Source: Cercozoa sp. M6MM (lineage: Eukaryota; Protista; Endomyxa: Ascetosporea). From it: a DNA stretch of 64,000 bases. The notes under the pieces are model-generated. The model searched no databases. It was not told the origin of the DNA and was given only the letters and a program-made list of their open reading frames with translations. A program made the position numbers and the translations under genes. The stretch is taken from assembly GCA_040357565.1 (NCBI GenBank), contig JBDODJ010000008.1, one strand, 5' to 3'. Positions 12,692 to 24,913 of the stretch are shown here, one piece after another. The first letter of the stretch is position 1. Every line of letters begins with the position of its first letter.

Positions 12692-14486
12692 ATGCAGCGA
12701 CTCCTCGCCCCCGTCGCGCGACCATCTGGCGCCGTAATTCAACGACGAGACGGGACGCGAAGTTCTTCGCTTGAGTTCAAGTCGATTGTATCGCTTTCAG
12801 TCCGCATCGCTTCCAGAATTACTGCTGCAAAGATAAAAGGTAAAAGTACGGTAGGTGGGCAAACTGATCATGAGACACCTGGGGACAAACTTTTGCGAAG
12901 TGTATGCTTGCCCGATGCCTGCCTGCTGGCTCAGTTTTTGTCGAAATCAGTTTTAACATTCCATTTATAGCCCTTTGGTCTAAGCATGTGGAAAGCTGTC
13001 GTGTTTTTGCTTCGGTTTCTGCCGTTTTCAGTTTGGGCCGGTTTGGAGGTAAATTGCCAGAGCTAAGTTTAGTAAATTTACGTCGCATAAACTGGATAAC
13101 TGTATGAACAGAGCCTTTTATTTCTGTTTGCAGGCCCCACTGTCGACGCCTACCAACAAAGGAACTCCGGACCCGCACGCAGCGGCTTTGGAAACACTAA
13201 CTGGAATCATCCAGTACGTTGTGTGTCTACGTGTGTGCGCGCGCGCGCGTGTGTGTGAGTGTGTGTGTTAAAGCTGCTTACAGCACGGTAGAAAACTGGC
13301 GAGGTAGACTGGGGCGTGAAAGAGCACCCTCGAGTCCGAAGACACCCGAATCGTCTTCTGTGCATGTAGGAGTCGGAACTGAGTTAGAATTGACCCCGGC
13401 CGAACATGCCGATCGAGCGACGGGTCCGCCATCCGTAGAGCCACGGAACAAGCAGTTGTGTTGCGATGATACGCTTGTTGTCCCGACTGACATGGTGCCT
13501 GCATTGGCAGGCCCCGAACGGGAACGTTGCATTCCATGCCAAGCAGACTTTGAAGCGCCTCCGATTGCAACGCCGCCGAGCAGTCCAAGGTTTCCTCTTG
13601 CTCCTTCATACGAAATCGAAGAAGAGAGCTCAAAAGAAGACGCGTCGGGAGACTTCACGCTCCTCGACATCCAACCCCCGATTCCAGAGGAAAAGACCGA
13701 GATTATTCACTTGCCCGAGAACACTAAAGTAGTCGAATCGATGCCGACAGCTGAAACCAAAGAGGCGCCGTCAATTCCGCTTTTGGAGCTACCGATCGCT
13801 GCCGCGGAGGCTTCAACTGAAAAAATCGAGCAGCAAAAGCAGAAGCATGAACATGCGTACGAACAGTTCCTTCCTGAACGACTGGGTATTGATACTTTGC
13901 TCTCTGCATCGATATCGATATCGATTGACGGGGTTTAGATGTCCCGAGCGTGGAAGAGCTGTTAGTCACTGCGCGGCAGATGGACACTCTTACTTCAGCG
14001 GGCGTGCGGCAGTTAGGGGTACCCGATGTTCGTCACGTTTTACTGGCGGTAGAGAGCTGGACATGGTCATGCTTGTGCCGGCTGCAGGAAAAACTAAAGC
14101 CGACAGTCGTGAGCCAGCTCTTGGAAGCAACAAAAGCGTCTCTTCGGCTCTTTTATGATGTACAGTACTGTATGGCCAGTATCGGCAGCTGCTTTGTTGT
14201 TACGTTACATGTATCATACTGTCTGACTATTAAATTTAGTTTGTAATTGTGGTATGCCAGGACGTCGCAACAGCTGAACGTGAGTGTTCTTTGTTAGACG
14301 AAGCTGTGTGGTAATATCTGTTGCGATGGAAAGTTATCGCCAACTCTTCGTAAAAGGTGCGCTAGCTAGGCGTACGGATGTTGTGTTTTGGTGCAACAGG
14401 ACGAGCCCGAGAGACCTGCTTTTGCGTGAATTCGGTGCTTACCTGAAAGTCGCCGTGCGCATCAAAGAAATTCGCGCATGGATGAG

Positions 14487-14531
<45 letters not shown>

Positions 14532-14632
14532 NNNNNNNNNNNNNNNNNNNNNNNNNNNNNNNNNNNNNNNNNNNNNNNNNNNNNNNNNNNNNNNNNNNNN
14601 NNNNNNNNNNNNNNNNNNNNNNNNNNNNNNNA

Positions 14633-14697
<65 letters not shown>

Positions 14698-15189
14698 CTT
14701 GATCCGTGTTATTCTTGTTTCGTTCTCGTGTAGTCATTACCTGTCTCGTGTTGACGAAAAGAGATTCACACCGGAAAAGAAAAACAAGTCGCTCACAAAA
14801 TCCCTTGATAATCTCAACAGTATCCGAAAGCTGTATGAAAGCGAGAAGCAAATAGTAAAAGGCGCCGTGTTGACTGATGTCACCTTTCCCCTGCCTGCAA
14901 GCGTGAAGTGGTATCGTGCAGTCAACAAATGTCCACACTCAGATACGCTCTGTTCACGCACAGGAAACATACTGGGCTGGAACGACTGGCTTCTAAACTG
15001 CAGGGAGACTCCGCCGCGATTTTTCAAGTCTGGTCGGCCATGCGGTCGCTGCCATCTGAAAAAACTCAAACACTTTTCGAGCCGGAGTGGAAGGCGGCCA
15101 ATGAATCTTCTTCACATCGACGCCGTGGTCGTGTCGTGACTCAATCCACACCGCGGCGAGGAAGCCAGCCTGCACGGTGGCGCTATTAA
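12692..15189 (+). CDS. Hypothetical protein: Pro/Glu-rich disordered middle, helical C-terminus
   Basis: Long coding exons (about 13270-13885, 13940-14160, 14733-14910, 14963-15189) flanked by GT-AG introns. Start exon uncertain. Confidence 0.55.
14489..14695. repeat. (CA)n microsatellite with 100-N gap, intronic
   Basis: Direct observation. Confidence 0.95.
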
Positions 15190-15542
15190 AAGCCAGCCTC
15201 TAAGGACACTCAAGGGTACTAAATATACGCACAAAGGAGGAATAAATAGACAGAGCAGAATACAAGAGAAAGGGGAGGGGAGGGAAGGTTACCGATAGAT
15301 GAGAACACTCAGGTTTTTTAGTTTTTCGGTCTCGCTGGTTTAAGTTGACCCAAATCGGAGATGGGATCGCACTAAATGCTTATGTGACTTAGAGCTCGGC
15401 AAAAATAGTACCTTACGTCACAGTACCCACTAGGTACCGTACGCACACGCGACGCACCGCACCTGACCGTACGATACGATACGCGCGGTTTCAGTTTAAT
15501 GAGCAGAAAATCGATAGGATTACCGACAGTCACAGTCAGGAC

Positions 15543-16515
15543 TCAAAAGAACCACCACAAGAGCAGGACGACGAGCAAAAGTACAATCATGCCCACGCAC
15601 ATCAGTAAGTGATCGCTATGCTGCCGCGACTCGATAAGTCGCACAAGATCTTGCGACACACCTGTGTTCCCATAGGTGCATGGTGGTTGACATCTTGAGT
15701 GAGTGCGTTTCTCACGTACCGAGAGTGCGCGCGACGTTGGCAATTTTCTGTTGCGCCGACAGCAGCGTTCTTCTCTAGAGAGACACAGTAAACGGCACGC
15801 GGGAAGGGAAGGTTACAAAAGAGTCACACACCTGTTCTCGCAAGCGGTTCAGAGCAGCCCTGCCGACATCGAGAGCACTGCGCGCCGCATCAGCGCCGTA
15901 TTGCAGGTGCGTACTCTCCTTGCCTGTGTGGTACAAGTGATAATTCAAAGCAAAGCGCAACGAAAGTACAGGAAATGAGGGAACACACCCAAAAGAGCGA
16001 GATTCTCAGTATTTCTTGACGTGTCTCTCCCGGCAAAAAGTTCTTCCCGCACCTCCTGTGCCTGTCGCAGATCGCTCGCCTTGTCCAGGAGTGGGCTCGA
16101 CTGTTGCCGCAGCTGCTCCACATCCTCGCGCAAAGAATGCACACGCGACCTGTACAGTAGCCGCTTCGACGCAGGCACCGACAGCAGCATGGTGTCCAGC
16201 GCGTTCAGCTCCTGGGTCACCTGCATCAGCCGGTTACGCACTTGCAGTTCGGCGTCGTGCAGCGCACCATCTACTTGGGTGTACCCCTAACAAGTGCACA
16301 TACTATCGTTTTACCAGAGGCAAGCATGACAGACAGAGAGACTACCCCGTGTTGCGATGAAAAAAACGCTCTTTCCAAGGTATCGACCTATTTAATCAGT
16401 TGTTGTGATCACAGCAGCAACGTCGGAATAGCACGAAAGTGCTGGTTACTTCTGCACGGAGTTGCTCGCACAACGCGAACGCAATCGGCAGACGACTGCG
16501 CACCTCATCGGCCAT
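15543..16515 (-). CDS. Qb-SNARE, membrin/GOSR2/Bos1-like
   Basis: Habc region (RLLYRSRVHSLREDVEQL), REELF motif, SNARE heptads (GRAALNRLREQ|RRTLLSAQQKIANVARTLG..SQDLVRLIESR) and C-terminal TM (LLMCVGMIVLLLVVLLLWWFF*). Confidence 0.85.
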
Positions 16516-16770
16516 TCTCAAACTACATGGTGAAAAAAATGCAAATCATTGGCGCATAATGCTGTTAACGAACAGCCGAACTCATCAAATCACCTCTTGG
16601 TACTCCAAATTTCACACTGCACACATTTGTGCGCTCCACTGTACTTTGCAGTACTGTACCTCTTTTCGTAAAAAGGAAATGAAGCAGCAAAATAAGGTGG
16701 TTAAGTCTGCGTCGATTTGGCGAAAAACGCAGCTATCCTTGAGTTTAGAGACTTTTCTCTTGACCACAGG

Positions 16771-18068
16771 ATGGCCCGTGTTGTCACAGTGCTTGGAGGC
16801 ACCGGTTTTGTAGGGTAAAAAACGATTTGCAAAACTAGTCTGCTGTTTTGTCTCAAAAAATCAAAAAATCAAAACCTGCGTGGGTAAAATGTCCTGTATC
16901 GATAGTCAACGCGTCTGCCAGGCAGCGCTGCGCAAAGGCTGTCAAGTCGTCTCGGTGTCGCGTTCCGGCAGTCCGCACGTATACCCGCTGAGCCTCTAAT
17001 GCCTTTATCTAGCCGTACTGTAACCTCCCCAAGGCACTTCTATGAACAACAGGCAAGTGAAATCGAAGACTGGATGGACAATGTTAACTGGGAAAAAGGC
17101 GACCTCTTTGCCGATCCGGAACAGTGGTGCTATATCGTGTATGAATGGTTCAAAAGTCTTCAGCTTTGCAGTTGTGCCATTGTTCGCAGGCGTCATCTGC
17201 TTGAAGGCTCACATAGCGTGATCTCCTGTGTCGGTGACTTGGGTCTCGGCGAGATGACAGGTCGAATTTGCGGCGTCACGGCTCGTACTCTATTTACCTC
17301 TAATTTTGGCATACCTTCGTTCTTAAGTTACACTGCATCCTCTCATATCCCCTCAATTTAATTATCCTTCTCCCAGGCTGTGTTCCAGTGGCACGCGAAT
17401 TGGGCGTGCCGTTCTTTGGTTTTGTGTCAGCGGCCGACCAAGGTTGGGTTGCCGGGTGGCTCATGCGCGAATATTACCGCGGAAAGCGAGAGGTCGAGGC
17501 CGCACTGCGCGAAAACTATCCGGAGGTGACGTTTCTTTAGTTCCACTCCTTTGCGGCTCAACCGTTGACCTGTCTGTTTAATTTGCCTCCTCAGAACCAG
17601 CACGTGATCGTTAAACCAGGCTTCATCTATGGAGTTCGCGACACTGGCAGCAAAAAAGTACTGTCCACTCCCTGATGAGCTCGAAGCTCGATCTTCACAC
17701 TTTACCCTTTCTTTACCTGGTTGTATAGGTCGATCTAGGCAGGCTCGGTCGTCCCATGTCTAATGCTATCTCCAAACTACCTAATGGTATATATAAGGAT
17801 GTATGTGCGAGAGGGTACCGGATAAGTACGAGAGCTAAAATGAGTATTCGTAGCCTTGCAGCACCTGCCGATGCTGACGCGGCCTCTCCATGTGGATACG
17901 GTCGCCGCAGCCCTGACTGCACATTTGGTTTTTACCAGCGATACTCCATTCCTAGGATCCTCACTGATCTGCCCCTTTACTGTATGTTCTCAGGACGAGG
18001 AAGAAACTCGCCGTTGCACGGGCACTTTAGAGGTGCCGGACCTCCAGCTTTTCGCTACACCTCAGTGA
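16771..18068 (+). CDS. Atypical SDR / NAD(P)-binding Rossmann protein, COQ11 (YLR290C)-like
   Basis: MARVVTVLGGTGFVGQRVCQAAL..VVSVSRSG, VNWEKGDL, VISCVG, FGFVSAA, YYRGKREVE, IVKPGFIYGVR, PLHVDTVA. Confidence 0.85.
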
Positions 18069-18645
18069 ATGATGGAACCGACAAATTTGCGTGCGCGGTA
18101 GTCTGCTATGGAGACGGAACTGAGGGCAAAGCGAATCCTCGAAAAACCGTCGCGGGTATACGTGTACACGACGTCTGCCGTGCGCTGGTCTAGCAAATAT
18201 TTACAAATTGTTTGTAACCGACCATGCTCGCATAGTTAGTTTAGTCCACTATGAAACCAACGATGTAGTTCCCTGTACCACTGCGCTGCCGACTGAACTA
18301 GCTAACCCCTGAGTTTACGGTAACTGAATAATAATATCGAATAGCGAATTGCTGACGTTTGCGCTCGCAGCGTTAACCTCTCGCACAAGATGATCCCCGA
18401 CGAGGCCAACTCATTAATAAAGCGTCAAATAGCAAGCTTGAGACAGGACTCAGACAGACCTACAGACGAGACCGGAAGCGGATAGAGAATATTTTTCGTA
18501 GTAATAGATAAATGAGTTAGCCTTGGAGTAGGTTGACCCGATTCTGAGCGGGCGGTGGAACTACCGTACGCTAACGTAAATCAGCAGCTACCGTACAGTC
18601 GGCACAGCCCCCGCCTGGCCAGCCGCGACTCGACTTAAATCCAGA

Positions 18646-21600
18646 TTAGAAGTCCTGCTCCTCGTCTTCAAGCATGCGCTGGCGGAGTGCTTGTTCCCTG
18701 TGGAAGCGGGCGCTTATATAGAACTCACAGCGAAAGGGACGAGTCAGGCGAAATGTACCTCTCGTGACGCTCGTTGGCATCCTCAATAAACTGACGCTCC
18801 TTTGCCGCAACCTAAAGAGCTCCCCATGTAAAAAGCGAGGAACGTTATTCGGAGAAGCATAACAACGGTACCTTGGCGTCACAGTCCCATTGCAGGAAGT
18901 GCTCATGGAAGCGCGGGAACTGTCGCTTGTACAGCGACATGCAGACCGTATCGACCTGCTTAACCGGCTTATTGAAGGAGCACTTCATGTAGCTACACGC
19001 GCAAACCGAAGATCAGGAGGCTAAAACTACTAAAAGGAAGTAAAGTACCCGTGTGTGTTGGCAGTGTCATCGATGCGACCACGGAGACCGTACTTGGTCC
19101 ACAACTCCACCGGACGAAACCTGTTTCACGCAGAGCGGCCAGTACTCAGAGAAACAGGAACTCACAGGTAACACACCAGCGAACGTCACGTGGCGTGAAG
19201 AACATGTATCGCACAACGCAGCGGTGCTTGTACACACGGCACGGATGACCTACGAAAACAAAACCAATTTTGTCGCGTCGGTATCTTTAACTATGCTTGG
19301 TTACCAGTCAGAACGACGCGCTTGATGTTGAGTCGATCGGCGTCCGTGCCGAGGAAGTTGCCCGTGGCCACGAGGACCGGGTTGCGTTGCATCGCCGGAG
19401 TCGACGGCGGCAGCATCTGAAGCACCGGCAGAGGCGCCTTGTTCTGCGGCCCGGGGGGGGGGGGGGTCATCGGTGAACATGCGCGCGGGTTGGAGCTAAA
19501 TCAACTAACCTCGGCGTTGTACGCAATACGCGCATACATGCTGGCCACACTGGGATGGTTCGAGTGCTGCGCGCACATGAAGTTCCAAATGGAGCAAAGC
19601 TCGAAGCAGTCACAAGTACCGGCAGGAATTTCATGGTCTTGTGCTTGTCGACACCGGGCACGTTGTCCGAGTACACAGGACACGAGTAATACCGCCGAAA
19701 ACCAACCTGCCAGAGCATCGGGTCGCCGTGTCGCACCGGCTCCTGCAGGACAAACATATGCATACGGTACCATGGGCACACACGGTACAAGCCAACATAC
19801 CGCGTGCTCGTTCGTACGCCGCACGAGTGCATGCACGATAGAGACTTTGTGCTCGTGTGCCCAGCATCCGGACAGCACCCAAGGCCATTCCGGTCGACCC
19901 GCCACGTCGTTGCCTGCAGATGGGAGGGTACGGAAGAACGAAACGAGGGATCGCAACCCCTCTTACCAAGCTCAGCAGGAACGTTCTTCAGCACGAGACG
20001 CGCCAGACACTGCACCGGCACACCTGAGACAAAAAGAAATAAAAAAAAAACAGGTAAAGGGTATCAAGGACAAAGAAAGTAAGACCGGTCATGCGGCCCT
20101 CGTCAAGCACGGCGCGCTGCTGCTGCGCCCAGTCGTCCATCTGGAAGATGCGCGAGTACTCGAGCGGCAGCCACTCGTGCTTGTCCCACGGCGTGTGCTG
20201 CAGGCGGTGGGAGTATAAATAGGGAGCGAGCAGAGAAGGGCAGGACAGGGTACGCGGAAGCTCTTGAGACCGCGGTACTTGGCGAAACGAGCACGTGCAC
20301 CACCCGGGTAGTCAGGCGGGTAGTCCACTTCGTCCGGGAACTCTACAACACCGAAAGGAGTAAGGAGGGGGCGAGGGAGGAAAGAAAGGAGTCGTACCCT
20401 TCTCGTTGTCAGCCATCTCACGTCTACGCTCAACTTCGGCCACTACGTGCCCACCCAGTGAGAGAATTTAAGCGGGTGAAGGGAACAAGGGGTTATTAAT
20501 AATACCAAAGTCTCTCTTTTCGTCGTCGTTGTCGCCATCGTCGGCCATTCCACCTGGTGACAGGTGCCCCTGCGCATCGGCTTGCTGCAGCTGCTGGTGT
20601 CGTTGTTGCAGAAACTCGGCGTCGGCCGCCATCTCCTGCTCCGTCATCTGAAACAGCGAGCCACAAATAATTAAATACCCAACCTGTGTCACTCAAAATA
20701 CCGGCTTCAAGTTCAACATCTTCTCAAACTCGTCGTCGTCCGGCTAAACAACTCGATGTTCAACAAAAAGCCCGCAACATCAGGAGCAGAATGAAAGTGT
20801 ACCACTTCCTCGTCAGGCACCCAACCGAGTTCCTACATTCATCAAACAAGTTGACACAAGCAGGCACGCCTATTTTCTGAAGGCACCTGTTCCCAAGCCT
20901 TCATGTGATCGGCAACGCCCGACGCAGCCTTGCGTCTCTCTACGGACAAAAAAGAACTAAAACCAAAATGGATCTCGCGAGTCTTTGACTCTACACCGCC
21001 ACCGAAACGTGCACACGGAGAGGAACACTGCCTCGCTCGTAACACCACGATGCGCGCACAACACATTTGGAATCACAAAAACAAACAAAAGTTCACCAGG
21101 TCATGGGTCATTTAAAAGACACAAACACAATCGATCTGATACGAGCGTAAAGGGACATAAAGCGATCAAAACATGGAATCAAAGTAATAAGACAATCCCA
21201 GCTTTCTCTCAGCAGCGCAAAAAACCAAAACAAAACAAAAATAAAATAAAATAAAATAATAAAAAAAAAAAACAAGCAAATGTTTTAGGTTTGCCCACCT
21301 TCCTCGTACATGGCAATCTCCTCCTCCGTAATGATCGACTGCTCGCGCGCCATCGGATCGATCTACGCAGCACAGACACAAACGATCATTTTTGGGTAGA
21401 TTTTTGGACTCACTCACCTCGAGCATTTGTGCCAGGTCCTCCTGCTGCTCGGTCGGTGTAATGGTTTGCACATCCTCCTTGATCTACAAACACACGCGAC
21501 GCTGACACTTCCCACCAAAGCACCGGTTTCCAAAGCACTGTGGAAAACCTACGTCATCCTTCTTCTTGCCGCGAAGCTGTCGCAGAAGTTGAACCTGCGC

Positions 21601-23691
21601 CAGCTGGAAGTTCGTGTCGAAGCCCTAGAACGAAAAACTCGCTGATGGGGTTGGGTGCGAGAAGAAAACAAAAGAAGTACAGTGATGTGCACGAGGCGGT
21701 CGACATTGAAAAGACGCTCGCCACGCAAGTAACCTGTACGTGCAAGGAAGTGTGAGGGTGATTAGAGTGACAGCGAGGAGGCAAATGTACCTTCAACGGT
21801 CAGCGTGCCCTGGGCCTCATCGTACCGCGCCTTCTGCAGCAGCATGTAGTTGCGCGAGTCGCGCCTAAGAGGACGACGCGTATAGAGCACAGGGGAATAA
21901 ATATGTCGAGCGAAGACGGGGCAGTACCAGGCAAGTGAGCGCAAGGCAACGTTCTTTAATTGGCGGACCACGTCCTGCCAACACCGGGTGCAGGGAATAA
22001 AAACACCAAATGCAGCAAAGTAAGGACTACCTCCGCTTGCTTGAGCGTGTCGACCACAAAAGCCGGACGCGTTGCTGCGGCCGTATTCGGCAGCCTGTAC
22101 ACATAATTGGGTGGAGGGAGAAAAAAGGGATGTACAAACAAGGAGTGACCACTCTGCGGCGAATCGGCCTGCATACTTGCGCAGTGCCTGCACAGCATGC
22201 GTGCTACCAGGAGAACAACGGGCAAAAACCACACACCTGCTGGGCCTTCTGCTTGCGGTCCATCATGCCGCGGAGCACCATGAAACTCTGCGGGAGACCC
22301 TGTGCTGCAGCCATGCGGAGCGTCGTCTGCACGACACATTAGACCACACATTAGACCACCCAGTTAGGACAGAAACCCATCAGAACACGCCAACTCCCAT
22401 CAAAACACGTCAAATCATCAGAACACATCAAGATACATCACAATGCATTGGAAACCGATACGACAGTGTACACGTATTTTAACATCAATAGAAGAAATCC
22501 AATAAAATAAAAAAGAGAATACATGAGAAAGCCAAAGGCACCTCGGCAAGTTCGTCCGTGTCAAGCGAAGTTTCAAATTTCTTCTGACCAGCATCTGTAC
22601 CAGGTCGCACCGCCCACAGAAGCACATCCGCCACCTGTCCAAGTAAAGACGGGTACAGAGTCAAAAAGAGGAGAGGCGATGCGCACCATGGCAGCGTTCA
22701 ACGAAGCAAGAGCATCGCGCGGCGGCGCCAGCAGCGTCAGCTACAAACACAAAGCCAGAGGTCAAGGGAGTCTGCACGGGCAAGGAGGCAACGAATCTTT
22801 TGTGTACCGAGAAGGCAGAGTTCGCCACTCGCGTCTCAATCTGCAAGAAAGGAGACTGCATAAGCAGTTCAAGTGTATCGGAGACAACGAACCGTAATGG
22901 GACCCGGCTGCGACCACTCTGTCGGCTCACCGCCAGGAGGGAGTTCCTGCTCGTACAACGGGGGGGGGGGAGCGGAGGCTTACGGATAAAAAACGTGTGA
23001 AAGTACCTCATTTTTGAGAGAAGCACACGCACGCAGCAGTTGAGTGCGCATGGCCACCTGTACAACGGAGTGAAAATAAGACAGCAGGGGGAGAAGTAAA
23101 GAGGGTCAAAACCGTATTGGTGTCTTCGTTCAGTCCAATGATCGCAACCGTCAAAGGTGTGTTCAGCGTCTGCAAAGCGACACTGGTGGAACGGTACGAT
23201 ATAAAAATGAAGTTGTCTAGAACACCTTGCGTCGGCGTGCTTCTTCGTTTTTAAGAGCACTGTGCAAAGAGGTTTTATTTAATGTACTGAAGTACATGAG
23301 GGTGTGGGCAATGACTGTACCGACGCTGCGCAGCCATGTTGGCGCGCATCTCACGACCGTAACCATCGCTGAAACAACCGTGTTGTAAGTGTTTAGTACA
23401 GAAGGAGAGAAAGATACCGACCAAGAGCGCCAGTTTCGACTTGTCTGCCGCTGCCCTGGCTCTCAATTCGACCACCTGCGATCCAGCACGCCATGCGGTC
23501 TTAATCCATTTTAATATCATTTGTCGTTATCGATACCAGCAGCACGCTTGACGCGACGCTTGCTGTGTCCCTTGCTGCAAAAAGCACAACAACACGTCCA
23601 TTCCCGAACACAAGAAAACCATTAGTCAGTCTAAAACATCGTACAAGCGCCGATTGGCCTGACTGAGTTTGCCCTTGCGATGTGCCGTCAT
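18646..23691 (-). CDS. TSR1: Pre-rRNA-processing protein TSR1
   Basis: N-term MTAHRKGKLSQANRRFKGH; EFPDEVD..ARARFAKYRGLKSFR; WD..EWLPLEYSRIFQ; FRPVELWTKYGLRGRI..THGYMKCSF..DTVCMSLYKRQFP. Confidence 0.95.
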
Positions 23692-23956
23692 GCTTTCACA
23701 CGCGATACTGTCAGCACACACCCCGTCACACGCTCGCGCGTAAACAGGCCGGAGTCCGCGTGATCTCAACATGGGCTCACTTCTTGAGCCGCAAGCGATG
23801 ATGAAACTTGGAAACGGAGATCGCGTGCTGTATCATATGCGGTAGTGCAGAGCAGTGCTGGTACGTTAGAGCGTATGGGTGTAGTTCACTAAACGAATGA
23901 ATCTCCTGAATGCAATGAATAGCGCCCGGCAGAATTCTCTTTTTGGGGGTCACAGA

Positions 23957-24853
23957 TGGAGTTCGCAGCCTCGCGCGTGCTGGCGCTGCCGCGCTTCCGC
24001 GTGCACTGCGTGGACGCAGCCGCCAACACCGTCGCCTGTGCCACCGACGACGCTGTTTATGTAGCTTGAGACTCTGTTGCGGTGTGAAGAGCTAGCATGT
24101 ACGCGGTGGTACAGATCAGGAGGGAAAGCGCGACCGAGCAGACGCGCGTGTTGCGTGTCAAGTGGCCCAATCGCGTGATTGACATGTCAATGTACTTTAT
24201 CTTGCTACTTCATTGTATTTTCTGTTTCCGTGCACAAAACCATGTTGCCCTCTGGTAGTTCGGAGGAGACGCTGGTGCTAGCGACGGAGCGCGAGGTGTT
24301 CGCGCTGTCGCTGCGTCGTCTGCTGGCGCGACGCGATCAGGCGAAAAAGCCAGTTCCACGCGGAGTGTCAATTCACACGTGCTCACTGCCGCGGCAGCCA
24401 ATGCTGCCTGCTCTGACGCAAACGCATCAGCAGACCGATGACGCTGCCACCTGTCCCGGTGTGACCCACGTTCACACCGTCGCGGACGGTATCGTAACTG
24501 TCACACATGTGACCTCGTCGATTATTCTGATCGGCACCGTCACTGGCACTCTAATCGCGCACGACCTGAGCACACTGCAGTATCGCTTTTTTATACCCCT
24601 CCTGTCACGCCTTACACCGAGCCATGTCCCCTGACAGAGAGGTTACTTTCGACCTGGGCGTGCCGATTCTGCGGATCGTAGCCGTCACTGAGCCTGTCCT
24701 GTAGTTTACCTTCCACGCTGTTGTTGTTGTGTGTGTATGTGTCTGTGTTTGTATCTGTGTGTGTATGTGTCTGTGTCTGTGTGTATATGTGTCTGTATGT
24801 GTCTGTGCCTGTATATGTGTGTCTGCATATGTGTGTCTGTGTCTGTGTCTGTA

Positions 24854-24913
<60 letters not shown>

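Noticed and set aside
23798-23909. C/D snoRNA (ATGATGA ... CTGA)
   Set aside because: No convincing terminal stem or recognisable guide, and it straddles a probable 5'UTR splice donor.
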